This document shows, in pieces, positions 1 through 10,357 of a stretch of 64,000 nt of DNA. The stretch covers positions 108,930 to 172,929 of the forward strand of contig JAWAHS010000002.1 in NCBI GenBank assembly GCA_038889075.1. Reading direction: 5' to 3'. The notes beneath the pieces were generated by a model. The model was given only the letters and a program-made list of their open reading frames with translations, was not told the DNA's origin and did not search any database. Each line of letters starts with the position of its first letter. The stretch's first letter is position 1. The DNA comes from Ignisphaera sp. (lineage in GTDB: Archaea > Thermoproteota > Thermoprotei_A > Sulfolobales > Ignisphaeraceae). The position numbers were made by a program, and so were the translations under genes.

Positions 1-1
1 A

Positions 2-268
2 GAATTCATTGAAAAACAAAATGCTGAACAAGGGCTGATGCCAATAATACCAGATGAAGCCATAACATATGGTTACCATGCTGAGGATAAGCATATGGTA
101 GAATCATTCCTAGCAGGGAAAATGCCTACAGAGAACTGGTATGATGGATACCTAGTTGTAGAACTAATGATGCATACTTATTTATCTGCAGAAAAGGGAG
201 TTAAAATAAGATTTGATCCTACACAAGTAGAGGACTACATACCTCCATATGCCAGAGGAAAAAGTTAG
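2..268 (+). CDS. Gfo/Idh/MocA family oxidoreductase, C-terminal part (5' truncated by window edge)
   Basis: Frame is open from base 2 (EFIEKQNAEQGLMP...); C-terminus with F..G..P..../DG..V.EL....Y.SA..G pattern typical of the family; two paralogues are adjacent. Confidence 0.7.
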   Translation, partial: EFIEKQNAEQGLMPIIPDEAITYGYHAEDKHMVESFLAGKMPTENWYDGYLVVELMMHTYLSAEKGVKIRFDPTQVEDYIPPYARGKS

Positions 269-291
269 CAAATCCTGTACTTGCTTGTATA

Positions 292-1371
292 CTACACCTC
301 AGGCAACTCTATTTTTACCTCCCTACCTATAGTTGAAGAGGTGTATACTGCATCTATTATTGTATGCAATATTATACTCTGATACCCTGTTACAGGTGGT
401 TCGTGATCCTCAGTAATGCTATGTATAAATGATTTGACCATTTCGAAAGCCATATCGGCAGATCTTAAAATTGGTTTCGCATCGTATAGAAACCTCTCTG
501 ATCTACTGTGGAACGATATATCCTTCATAGCTTCATCACCCTTAGCTTCAATACCACCCTTATCACCAAGGATTTTCATGTAGCCAACCTCTCCTACATG
601 TGATACATTTGCAGCCCATGCGACTTCAAAAACCATTGTAAGTCCTCCCTCAAATCTTACAAAACCAGTAGCAAAATCATCTAATTTAAATTTTGAAGGA
701 TCCCAACTACCCCAATTGAATTTGATTTCATCAGCAACATTACCAAATTTGGTATAGACCGCACCAGTAACATACAGCGGCTTCCTATACCCTGTTGCCG
801 CAAGGAGATTGTCAATTATATAGCATCCTATATCAAGCAGGGCGCCTCTACCGCCTGATAGTGTTTTATCGATGAACGTTGGTGATCCTGGGATACCACG
901 TCTTCTAATGAGGTAGCCATAGGCATAGTAGGGATCTCCAAGAAGACCTCCACTATAGATATCGATTGCGTACTGCAATGCTGGTGAGAATCTACTCCAA
1001 TATCCAACCATAATCTTTCTATTCATCTTTTTAGCCATTTTAACGACTTCGACAACTTCGTTTACGTTTACTCCAAGGGGCTTATCAACAAGTACATGAA
1101 TACCATTCTTTAGCATATCTATAGCTATAGTTGCATGTAGACCTGTGGGGGTAACGATACTCGCAGCATCTACTTCCTCTTTACTAATCATATCCATATA
1201 ATCTGTATAACACTTTGTATTATATTTAGAGGCAATCTCTTCACATCTAGACTTATTTATATCGGCAACAGCAACCAATTTAACATTTGAAACTCTGAGT
1301 AATGGAATTAGATGTCTGTTTACTCCATGTCCTCCAACACCAACAATAGCATATTTAACTGTAGCACTCAT
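292..1371 (-). CDS. Gfo/Idh/MocA family NAD(P)-dependent oxidoreductase
   Basis: Rossmann motif IVGVGGHG, TPTGLH, HVLVDKP (EKP variant), GGRGALLDIGCY. Confidence 0.9.
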   Translation of the reverse strand: MSATVKYAIVGVGGHGVNRHLIPLLRVSNVKLVAVADINKSRCEEIASKYNTKCYTDYMDMISKEEVDAASIVTPTGLHATIAIDMLKNGIHVLVDKPLGVNVNEVVEVVKMAKKMNRKIMVGYWSRFSPALQYAIDIYSGGLLGDPYYAYGYLIRRRGIPGSPTFIDKTLSGGRGALLDIGCYIIDNLLAATGYRKPLYVTGAVYTKFGNVADEIKFNWGSWDPSKFKLDDFATGFVRFEGGLTMVFEVAWAANVSHVGEVGYMKILGDKGGIEAKGDEAMKDISFHSRSERFLYDAKPILRSADMAFEMVKSFIHSITEDHEPPVTGYQSIILHTIIDAVYTSSTIGREVKIELPEV

Positions 1372-1380
1372 ACAAAATCC

Positions 1381-2496
1381 CTACTGTTTTAGGCACTTCA
1401 GCTGTTCCCTAGCACAATCAATTAATTTATCTGGAACATCTATTCTAATCTCTCTACCACTTATTGAAGATTCATAGATAGTAGTAAGAATAATTACATC
1501 AATAGCGCCTTGTTCAGCCGTAGCGATAGGACATAGGGAAGCACTATCATTACGTTCAATAGCTGTTAGAAACCTTCTCCAAGCCTCCTTATGGCTGTTG
1601 ACATGCGGTATCGATGGTGGTGTAGCTATGAGGAACTCTCTTTCAACTGAGGTCATATAGCTCAGACCGCTATTATCTATCTGGATACCACCTCTATCAC
1701 CGAGGATAACATATTCAATTCTATTCTCTTTTACATATGAAGCCCAGCTGACCTCAACATACATGGTAATATTATTTTCGAATGATATGTATGCTGAACC
1801 GAAGTCCTCTACTTCAGATACCATGCCGGGTTGCGGTGGTTGAGGATAATTCATACCAAACTCTTCTATTCTTTCACCGAAAGCTCTATATACAAACCCC
1901 TTAACACCTACAGGTTTTGGATATCCAGATAAATAGAGTAGCATATCTACAGCATGTGAAGCAATATCATAGACTGCACCACCTTTTGCAAGATCCCTCT
2001 TTATAAATGTAGGAGCCGGAGGAATTCCACGCTGTCTAAGTATAAACCCTCTTGCATAATATATCCTCCCTATATTCCCCCTGTGAATGAATTTAGCTGC
2101 TGTAGAGCTTCTGTAATCAAATCGACCATTGTGTCCCACGACAGCGAATCTATCTCTGCTACGCATTGTTTCGACAATTTTTAGAGCCTCTTCACTACTT
2201 ACTGACATAGGCTTCTCGATATAGACGTGGGCACCGTTTTCCAAGGCATCAATAGCTATTCTAGCGTGAAAGGCGTTGGGTGTAGCAACCAGTACAACAT
2301 CAGGATTTTCATTTTTCAACATCTCCCTATAGTCACTGTAACCCTTGCATCCTGTTTTTTCAATAAATGATTTCACCTTGTACTCATCTACATCAACACA
2401 TAAATCAACGTTGAATCCCAGCTCCTTTATAGCTGGTAAGTGTGCCTGTGAAGCTATGCCTCCCAAACCTACGAACGCTATGGTAATCTTGGGCAT
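1381..2496 (-). CDS. Gfo/Idh/MocA family NAD(P)-dependent oxidoreductase
   Basis: FVGLGGIA, VATPNAFH, HVYIEKP, GGAVYDIASH motifs. Confidence 0.92.
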   Translation of the reverse strand: MPKITIAFVGLGGIASQAHLPAIKELGFNVDLCVDVDEYKVKSFIEKTGCKGYSDYREMLKNENPDVVLVATPNAFHARIAIDALENGAHVYIEKPMSVSSEEALKIVETMRSRDRFAVVGHNGRFDYRSSTAAKFIHRGNIGRIYYARGFILRQRGIPPAPTFIKRDLAKGGAVYDIASHAVDMLLYLSGYPKPVGVKGFVYRAFGERIEEFGMNYPQPPQPGMVSEVEDFGSAYISFENNITMYVEVSWASYVKENRIEYVILGDRGGIQIDNSGLSYMTSVEREFLIATPPSIPHVNSHKEAWRRFLTAIERNDSASLCPIATAEQGAIDVIILTTIYESSISGREIRIDVPDKLIDCAREQLKCLKQ

Positions 2497-2761
2497 GTTT
2501 AAAGACCTCTATTAGTAAGTACTGTATGACATAAAAATGTGTGTTCAATGGACCTAATATACAGATGGTATGGATACTATATTATCACCATCTCAAATAA
2601 TAAGTGATGCAATGCGCTGACAATATTAAATGCCCTAGCAATTCCGTTTCCAAGTATCATTGTCAAACCCATGTGATATTGGACCCTATAAATTACGTGG
2701 AGGGCAGCTATTCAGGTATCCAAATTGTTTTGATGCAAATTGTTGGTGTTTCCCTGCTAAA

Positions 2762-4450
2762 CTAATCTAGGAGATCATGTATCCCTGCAGCTCTCCAGAA
2801 CCTACCAACGATATTTTCAAGACCTTCGATCTTTCTTTCTCTGAGCCATAGATTAGAGTACTCTCTAGCTAACGCTATATATTCAGATACCTTTATATTT
2901 CCATTAATAGATTTCAATGTTGCTTCAAGAAAGCTACGGATAAAGTTGAGATCATCAGGAAGTACCAAATCCTTTACGTACTCTAGCGTTCTTTCAATGG
3001 CATTTCTTAAATTCGCAATTTCTTCGGCTGGTATGAATCTAGTAATTAGCTTTGAAATCTCTGTCTTCAGTAGAATATGCTTGGGAAGCCAGATTCCCCA
3101 TCTCACATTCCATTTTGTTATAACAGTATCGACCTCGCCAAATAGCTTTCTAGCATTTACCACTCTAGGTTCTTCACCTATTAAACTTGCCCATTTATCT
3201 TCCCAATTACCGTTACCCTCGGCAAACTCTATCGCAGCTAGTATTAATGGATCTAGGAGTGAAAATAGACACTCCGAGCCATCGTCGCCCCATGCGGTTA
3301 CTAGAAAGCCGCTAATACCCTCTTCTCTTGCTGCTTCTAGAAAATTCTTCAGATTTTCAAGTGCTGTTGGAAAGTCAGGGTAGTATCTATTCCAGTTCCA
3401 GAGTCCTGGAGCAACAATTTGTTCGATGTTCTTCTCTTTAAATAATCTTATCTTTTCTCTAAAATATTCTTTTGAATTTGGTGAGTAATCCCAGTTGACA
3501 ACCACCACCTCTTTCCATATTGGACTATCTAAAAGTCTTTTCCACTGTTCCTTTTCACTCTCTCTAAGATATGCTGCAGTGATCATATCACCCCATACCA
3601 TGGGTACCTTATTTCTAGTCTTCACAATTTTAATCATGTTGTAGTGATGCCTCTCATAGAGTTCAGGACCAATAAATTTCAATGATTTATCGAGACTCCT
3701 ACCTCTACCAAGTGCCCACGTTTCATCACCTCCAATATGGATGTATCTGCTTGGGAAGAAGTCCACTACCTCCTTAAGTAGATTATATGCGAACTCCCTA
3801 GCCTCCTCATTATCAACATTCAGAACACCCTCTTTAGGATTATGCCACTCGCTATATCTATGAAATGGTGGAAGGATTAGGATATTCTCCATGTGACCGC
3901 ATAGTTCAAGCGATGGAAAAACCTCGATACCGAGATTTGCACCATAGTCCACAATCTCTTTCAACTCATTCTCACTGTATCTACCTCTAAAGAAACCTAT
4001 ATCTGGATACCCCTTCCATGGGAATAGATCCTCTAAATAGATGGCAAAGTAGTTGTATTTCAATATATATAGCCATCGTAGAATCTTCTTTAGAGTATTT
4101 ACGGTAGGAACTCCACCTCTGGCTACATCCAGATGAAAGCCTCTAAATTTGAATCTAAACGATTCAACAATCTTAGCCTCTGGTAGACGGGATTCATTTT
4201 GAAGAAGCAATTGAATTATGGTAGCATATGCAATCTTTTCATCACCCCATACCCTTACAGTACCCTTCGTTATCTCTATACCAGCATCGCCTTCACCAGT
4301 TACCTTAACTATTTCCCAATCACCTATAGGGATGCTGAACTCCTTTGTTAGGAATTCAGGAAAGTTAGAGAAGCCATTGAATTCGAACCATCTACCTGTG
4401 AATTCAATAATTTTAGGCTCAGGGACTATGTAGATACGTTTTTGGGACAT
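2762..4450 (-). CDS. GH20 beta-N-acetylhexosaminidase
   Basis: FRGFHLDVARG, ELCGH, catalytic HIGGDET, VVNWDY, TAWGDDG. Confidence 0.9.
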   Translation of the reverse strand: MSQKRIYIVPEPKIIEFTGRWFEFNGFSNFPEFLTKEFSIPIGDWEIVKVTGEGDAGIEITKGTVRVWGDEKIAYATIIQLLLQNESRLPEAKIVESFRFKFRGFHLDVARGGVPTVNTLKKILRWLYILKYNYFAIYLEDLFPWKGYPDIGFFRGRYSENELKEIVDYGANLGIEVFPSLELCGHMENILILPPFHRYSEWHNPKEGVLNVDNEEAREFAYNLLKEVVDFFPSRYIHIGGDETWALGRGRSLDKSLKFIGPELYERHHYNMIKIVKTRNKVPMVWGDMITAAYLRESEKEQWKRLLDSPIWKEVVVVNWDYSPNSKEYFREKIRLFKEKNIEQIVAPGLWNWNRYYPDFPTALENLKNFLEAAREEGISGFLVTAWGDDGSECLFSLLDPLILAAIEFAEGNGNWEDKWASLIGEEPRVVNARKLFGEVDTVITKWNVRWGIWLPKHILLKTEISKLITRFIPAEEIANLRNAIERTLEYVKDLVLPDDLNFIRSFLEATLKSINGNIKVSEYIALAREYSNLWLRERKIEGLENIVGRFWRAAGIHDLLD

Positions 4451-4548
4451 CTAATACACCAGAATATGTACGGTGAGTAAAATATAATATAAATTGAGAT
4501 GAAATAAGACGGTACAACCTAATTGTAAATAGCGGTTAATCGTGTTAG

Positions 4549-6627
4549 CTAATGCTGGACATCAAATCTATACCGATTTCTCCACTCCTCAAATATCTTA
4601 TAGACCTTTGAATCCTTTACAAATATCGGAATAACGTCGAGCGCCACACTATATTCTATCCATTGACCACCACTATAGCTATCGCCAGTATTTGCATCAA
4701 TCCATTCTACACCTCTCGGTAAATAGACACTTCTCTTTGTTGCACCCCTCTCTAGCACTGGAGCAACAAGAATTTCTGAACCAAACATGTATTCATCTTC
4801 AATGCTATACGTATTTAGATCGTGGGGGAAATCGAAGAATAATGGTCTTATAATTGGCAATCCTTCTTCATGAGCCCTTCTGACCTGTTCAAGAATATAT
4901 TGTTTTAATAATTCTCTTAGAAATAAAAGGCTCCTTATGATTCGGTAAGCTTCGTCACCAAAACTCCATATCTCATTTGGACCACCAGTCAATTCATATA
5001 CATCACATGTAGATCCGTCCCTTGGATACGGTTTTCTATAACCATGCAGTCTAAAAATTGGACAGAAGACACCGAATTGAAACCATCTAATGATCAGCTC
5101 CCTGAATTCGGGATCACTTGGATCACCCCCGTAGAAACCACCTATATCTGTAGTCCAGTAGACTATTCCAGACAATGCCATATTTAGTCCAGCCTTTACC
5201 TGTCTCTTTAACGAATCAAAGGTAGATGGAATATCGCCAGACCATACAACAATTGGGTATCTCTGTGAACCTATCCAAGCAGCTCTAATTAGTAAGACAA
5301 ATTCTCTTTCACCCTCCGTCTCTAGTCCGTCATAGAAGGTTTTTGCATAGTAAAATGGATATAGATTTGAAACTTCGAGACCGTTACCAAGGTAGTACCT
5401 TACGTTATCGTAATGATAGGGTAGGATATTAAAGTAGTCAAAGCTCCAGCCGAACTCGGGCTCTGCTTCGTCCAGCCAGAACAGCCTAATTCCATGCTTA
5501 CAGTAGTTTTCTCTAACCTTACTCCATACGAATAATCTTGCCTCTGGATTGGTAAAATCGACATATGTAGTAAGTCCTCTAAACGTTTGAAGTATTGGTA
5601 TACCTTTCTCAGTTTTTACAAGAAGACCTCTTCTAACCATTTCATCGTAATTTTCACTAGACACGTCGACAGTAGGCCATATAGATACCATAACCTTTAC
5701 TCCAAGCTCTTCGAGTTCTTTAACCATTCTCTCGGGATCAGGCCAATACCTAGAATCGAATTTCCAATCACCTTGGTTTGTCCAGTGAAAGAAATCTATA
5801 ACAATTATGGATAGTGGTAATCTTCTTCTCTTGTATTCGTATGCTATATTTATTAGCTCCTCCTGACTTCTATACCTAAGCTTAGATTGCCAGAAGCCGA
5901 AAGCCCATTCTGGTAAAACAGGTGGATTTCCGGTTATCTCAAAATATCTTTTCAATACCTCAGCTGGTGAGCTACCATATATAACAAGATAGTCTATTTG
6001 TTTAGATGCCTTGCACATCCATACTGTTGAATTTTTAGCAAATATGGCCTTGCCTATACATGGGTTATTCCATACAAATCCATAAAATATCCCATCATGT
6101 GGACGAATGATTAAAGCAAATGGAATGCTTATCTGTGTGTTTCTATGGGCAAGCTCTAATGCACATCCTTTCAAATTCATATAGCCAATAGCATACTGTC
6201 CCATACCATATATATGGTCATCATCGTTAGCTTTAAGGTATAACTCGATTTCATACAGATCACCATGTATATGCCTATAGTTCCTAGCTTTTAGAAGATC
6301 AGCATTGTTAACTCTATAATCAATCCAGAGCTCCTCAAATAGCAGCTTGTCATTACCATAGTAGCCAACAGCACCATCATTGCTAACCTTGACGACAAGG
6401 TTTCCACACTCCATATAGGCCCCATTATCGTTAATAGATATGTTAATAGATGAGTGTAGCGAAGGTCTAAGCAAAGTCCAGTTTTCATCTACAATGCTTC
6501 CAGTAACTGATGACCTGAAACGTATAACGTTCTCATTCCATGGCTCAATCCTTATAATTTCTCCAGATCCTTTAGCAACTAGAGCATTACCATCTCTATA
6601 AAATAGATAGAGTGAAGTCTGTGGCAA
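4549..6627 (-). CDS. GH31 alpha-glycosidase (alpha-xylosidase/glucosidase-like)
   Basis: WAFGFWQSKLRY, IDFFHW, nucleophile WLDEAEP, WSGD, WTTDIGGF, RWFQFG, EYMFG..ILVAPV. Confidence 0.92.
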   Translation of the reverse strand: MPQTSLYLFYRDGNALVAKGSGEIIRIEPWNENVIRFRSSVTGSIVDENWTLLRPSLHSSINISINDNGAYMECGNLVVKVSNDGAVGYYGNDKLLFEELWIDYRVNNADLLKARNYRHIHGDLYEIELYLKANDDDHIYGMGQYAIGYMNLKGCALELAHRNTQISIPFALIIRPHDGIFYGFVWNNPCIGKAIFAKNSTVWMCKASKQIDYLVIYGSSPAEVLKRYFEITGNPPVLPEWAFGFWQSKLRYRSQEELINIAYEYKRRRLPLSIIVIDFFHWTNQGDWKFDSRYWPDPERMVKELEELGVKVMVSIWPTVDVSSENYDEMVRRGLLVKTEKGIPILQTFRGLTTYVDFTNPEARLFVWSKVRENYCKHGIRLFWLDEAEPEFGWSFDYFNILPYHYDNVRYYLGNGLEVSNLYPFYYAKTFYDGLETEGEREFVLLIRAAWIGSQRYPIVVWSGDIPSTFDSLKRQVKAGLNMALSGIVYWTTDIGGFYGGDPSDPEFRELIIRWFQFGVFCPIFRLHGYRKPYPRDGSTCDVYELTGGPNEIWSFGDEAYRIIRSLLFLRELLKQYILEQVRRAHEEGLPIIRPLFFDFPHDLNTYSIEDEYMFGSEILVAPVLERGATKRSVYLPRGVEWIDANTGDSYSGGQWIEYSVALDVIPIFVKDSKVYKIFEEWRNRYRFDVQH

Positions 6628-6877
6628 AACTACCAGCCGTATATCTATATCTATGGGGTATGTTTATAAGATCAAGTTCTGCAATAAATGTATTGGAGCG
6701 GATTGAATGTTGCATCAAGTACCTTGTCATGTTATTTATATTACAATCGGTGGTTATTGCTATAAAGTGTATAACATCTCAATTCATAGATTAAACTCTC
6801 TCTAATAAGAATATTTTTAAACTTTTACCTCACAATATAGAGGTAATTTATACAGTGCACAGTATCATTTAAGATAG

Positions 6878-7984
6878 GTGGTACTGACTATGATTGTAGC
6901 AACTAGGTATGCTATGTTGAAGAGATTAGGAAAGTATATTGCAATACGGGGTACAGCCATTTTAGTAACCACCATTATAGCAATATATATTGTCATATTC
7001 ATTGCAAATATGGGAGGATTTGTTGATGAGATAATAAAAAGTGAAATACAGTTTAGTGTATATGAGGCAATTAGGAACAATCCTGCATATAGAGGTATGA
7101 ATAAAAGTGTTATCGAATTGATAGCACGGGATATGATTGAAATGGAGATAAAGAGGATAGGTCTTGACAAACCATTTATATATAGAAGCTTTAACTATCT
7201 TATAGATGCTCTCACCCTAAATCTTGGGAGAGCTATTAGAATAACGAGTGCTAGTGGGTCTAGGCAGGTAAGAATTATAATTCTTGAAAGGCTTCCTGCG
7301 TCAATACTTCTGTTTACTACAATACAGATTATGTTGTTCTTTTCAAGCTTGGTCACAGGTTTGTACCTCTCTAGACGGTATGGAAGTAAGATTGATAAGA
7401 TTATTGTAGCTCTCTCACCACTATCCTCTATGCCAGGTTGGTTCTACGGATTATTCTTAATTATGATTTTTGCATCATGGCTTGGGATACTTCCATATGG
7501 CGGGCTTGTGGATGCTCCACCTCCAGAACATCCTCTACTCTATGCATTAAGTGTTCTAAAACATATGGTACTTCCTATGATGTCGTGGTTTATAGCATAC
7601 TTTGCAATAAATACGTACTCTATGAGAACATTCTTCTTAATGTTCTCATCTGAAGATTATGTAGAGCTAGCAAAGGCTAAGGGGGTTCCTGCCAGAGAGA
7701 TAGAAAGAAGATACATACTTAGACCAACACTTCCGCCAATAGTCACGCAGCTAGCGTTGCTTCTCATATCCTCGTGGATGGGTGCAATAGTAACTGAAAA
7801 CATATTTAATTGGCCAGGTATAGGTACGTTAATATGGATGGCTATAGCAAATAACGATTCACCGGTTCTCATAGGTATAGTGACGATATATGCCTATTTA
7901 CTTGCAATTACAGTACTTCTACTAGATATAATCTATGTATTGATAGATCCTAGAATCAAGATAGGAGGTGTAGGTACCTCATGA
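6878..7984 (+). CDS. Dpp/Opp-family ABC transporter permease (DppB-like); start may be a few codons downstream
   Basis: Multiple TM segments, EAA loop EDYVELAKAKG, TENIFNWPGIG, YVLIDPRI. Confidence 0.92.
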   Translation: MVLTMIVATRYAMLKRLGKYIAIRGTAILVTTIIAIYIVIFIANMGGFVDEIIKSEIQFSVYEAIRNNPAYRGMNKSVIELIARDMIEMEIKRIGLDKPFIYRSFNYLIDALTLNLGRAIRITSASGSRQVRIIILERLPASILLFTTIQIMLFFSSLVTGLYLSRRYGSKIDKIIVALSPLSSMPGWFYGLFLIMIFASWLGILPYGGLVDAPPPEHPLLYALSVLKHMVLPMMSWFIAYFAINTYSMRTFFLMFSSEDYVELAKAKGVPAREIERRYILRPTLPPIVTQLALLLISSWMGAIVTENIFNWPGIGTLIWMAIANNDSPVLIGIVTIYAYLLAITVLLLDIIYVLIDPRIKIGGVGTS

Positions 7985-9390
7985 TAAAGCAATTAACGGC
8001 ATTTGCTAGGGAACTGCTAATCTACAGATCAGCCTTAGTTGGAATAATAATAATAAGTTCCCTAATACTACTTTCACTATATGCAGTAATTACAGTACCA
8101 TACGAGGAAATTGTAAGAAAGTGGAATTCGATTGAGATTTGGGAGGATTTCCCTAGGAATGCAATGCCTAGCTGGATAAATATTTTTACACATAGAAAGC
8201 TTCCTGAGACAATAATATTAGATAGCCGAAGGAAGGAACTAGGCATAAATAAGACCATAATCACTATTGCAAGCGGAAAATATATTTTGAGAATCCTCTT
8301 TACATTCAATTATATATATGATGATTTTCCGAGCGAGATAATACTGAGACTATATTCGAATACCACAAAACAGACTACAACTCAGATAACATGGATAAAG
8401 CCTGGTGAAATAGAGTATATACTAGGTAGGAAGCTACTGAGAGGATATGAATCGTACTACATCTCTAGTGATGAGGAATTTCTTAAGAAATTCAATGCAA
8501 ATCTTATATCTAAGCTAGGTTCGAAGCCCAACTATGATCTCAGCGTAAATATAGCACTATTCGCTAAAGAAGATCCATCCATACTTAGCAGAGATACTGT
8601 TGAAGTATCCAAAGGTGAATACAGGGTTATAGTTGATGCATTGATAGGAGAGGAGGATCTAGGCAGAGCTCAGGTAGATGCTAAATTAGTAGTCTATGGA
8701 AAAGTATATGGAGTTGCAGGTACTGATCATAGGAGACGCGATCTGGCACTCGCACTCATATGGGGAGCACCAATAGCGTTAGCCTTTGGACTGGTAGCCT
8801 CAATTACTATAACATTTGCACAGATGTTTATTGCGGCAATAAGTGCTTGGTATGGCAAAAGTCTCGATTTCGTCATTCAGAGGATAACTGAGATATTCAT
8901 GGTATTACCATTTCTACCAATACTGTTGATGATCTCGTATTTCTACAAGATAACAATATGGACCTTGCTTGCAGTAGTTATACTTCTAAGTATCTTTGGA
9001 TCAGGTGTGAAGAATTACCGGGCAATGTTTCTCCAAATAAAGGAGATACCATATATAGAAGCTGCTATAGCCTATGGTACTAGTAGCCTTAGAATAGTTT
9101 TTAGATACATGATACCCAAGATACTACCTACAATAATACCTACAATAGTTTTATCGGTACCGGATTTCGTATTTCTAGAGGCGGTTTTGGCACTACTTGG
9201 TGTAGGTGACCCACGAGCTGTAACATGGGGTAGGGTATTAGAGGATGCTGCAAGGGAAGCAGCCCTCTACAAGGGGTACTACTACTGGATCTTGGAACCA
9301 TCAATACTATTACTACTTACAGCACTGGGATTCGCATTGCTTGGACTTACATTAGATAAAATACTCAATCCTAGACTAAGGGAGATGTAG
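7981..9390 (+). CDS. Dpp/Opp-family ABC transporter permease (DppC-like) with large extracytoplasmic insertion
   Basis: GTDHRRRD, YIEAAIAYG, LNPRLR; ATGA overlap with upstream gene. Confidence 0.92.
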   Translation: MIKQLTAFARELLIYRSALVGIIIISSLILLSLYAVITVPYEEIVRKWNSIEIWEDFPRNAMPSWINIFTHRKLPETIILDSRRKELGINKTIITIASGKYILRILFTFNYIYDDFPSEIILRLYSNTTKQTTTQITWIKPGEIEYILGRKLLRGYESYYISSDEEFLKKFNANLISKLGSKPNYDLSVNIALFAKEDPSILSRDTVEVSKGEYRVIVDALIGEEDLGRAQVDAKLVVYGKVYGVAGTDHRRRDLALALIWGAPIALAFGLVASITITFAQMFIAAISAWYGKSLDFVIQRITEIFMVLPFLPILLMISYFYKITIWTLLAVVILLSIFGSGVKNYRAMFLQIKEIPYIEAAIAYGTSSLRIVFRYMIPKILPTIIPTIVLSVPDFVFLEAVLALLGVGDPRAVTWGRVLEDAAREAALYKGYYYWILEPSILLLLTALGFALLGLTLDKILNPRLREM

Positions 9391-9391
9391 A

Positions 9392-10357
9392 TTGATGAAA
9401 ACTATACTTAATATCAAGGATCTATATCTATATTATAGAGTTAGGGCAGGCCTTGTTAAAGCTGTTGATGGTGTATCCCTCGATCTGTATAATGATGAGT
9501 CGTTGGCCGTTCTTGGAGAATCAGGAAGTGGTAAAAGCTCTTTTGCGAGGGCAATACTAAGATTGCTTCCTAAGAATGTCTATAGATTTGAGGGGAGTAT
9601 ATACATAGATGGAGAGGATGTAATGAAACTTAGCGATGATGAGTTTAATGATAGGATTAGATGGAGTAAAATATCAATGGTTCCACAAGCCTCTATGAAT
9701 GCATTGAATCCGGTAATAAAAATAGGTGAACAGCTGGCCGAACCTCTGGTAATTCATAGAAATATGAATAAGAGTGATGCTCTAGAAAGAGCTAGAGAAA
9801 TGCTGAAATTTGTGGGAATACCACAAGAATTTGTAGATAGGTATCCATTTGAGCTATCAGGGGGTATGAGACAGAGAGTAGTCATAGCGATGGCTTTAAT
9901 CACACAGCCTTCTATAGTTATACTGGATGAGCCGACATCAGCCTTGGATGTCCTTACACAGGCAAATATAATGAACCTACTGAAGAAGATTAAGATCGAT
10001 AGGAAGGTTAGCTATGTATTCATAACACATGACATTGCTTTATCAAGTGAAATTTCTGACAGGATTGCCGTTATGTATGCAGGGCAGATAGTCGAATACA
10101 ATCATGCAGATAAATTCTATAAAGAACCTCAGCATCCATATTCACAATTGTTACTTTCAAGTGTACCGACCCTTAGAGAGGATAAAAAGATAAAGTTTAT
10201 TCCAGGTGAGCCTCCCAGTTTGTTAAGTCCGCCTCCTGGTTGTAGATTCCATCCCCGATGTCCCTATGCAATGGATATATGTAGAAGAGAAGAACCGCCC
10301 ATTCTATATATGGACGGACACAGCTATGTGAGGTGCTGGCTATATGCAAAAAGGTGA
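9392..10357 (+). CDS. Dpp/Opp ABC transporter ATP-binding protein (DppD-like)
   Basis: GESGSGKS, LSGGMRQR, LDEPT, C-terminal GCRFHPRCP domain. Confidence 0.95.
   Translation: MMKTILNIKDLYLYYRVRAGLVKAVDGVSLDLYNDESLAVLGESGSGKSSFARAILRLLPKNVYRFEGSIYIDGEDVMKLSDDEFNDRIRWSKISMVPQASMNALNPVIKIGEQLAEPLVIHRNMNKSDALERAREMLKFVGIPQEFVDRYPFELSGGMRQRVVIAMALITQPSIVILDEPTSALDVLTQANIMNLLKKIKIDRKVSYVFITHDIALSSEISDRIAVMYAGQIVEYNHADKFYKEPQHPYSQLLLSSVPTLREDKKIKFIPGEPPSLLSPPPGCRFHPRCPYAMDICRREEPPILYMDGHSYVRCWLYAKR
10201..10299 (+). repeat. 99-bp perfect direct repeat, copy 1 (copy 2 at 11192-11290)
   Basis: TCCAGGTGAGCCTCCCAGTTTG...GAAGAACCGCC is identical in both ATPase genes. Confidence 0.95.
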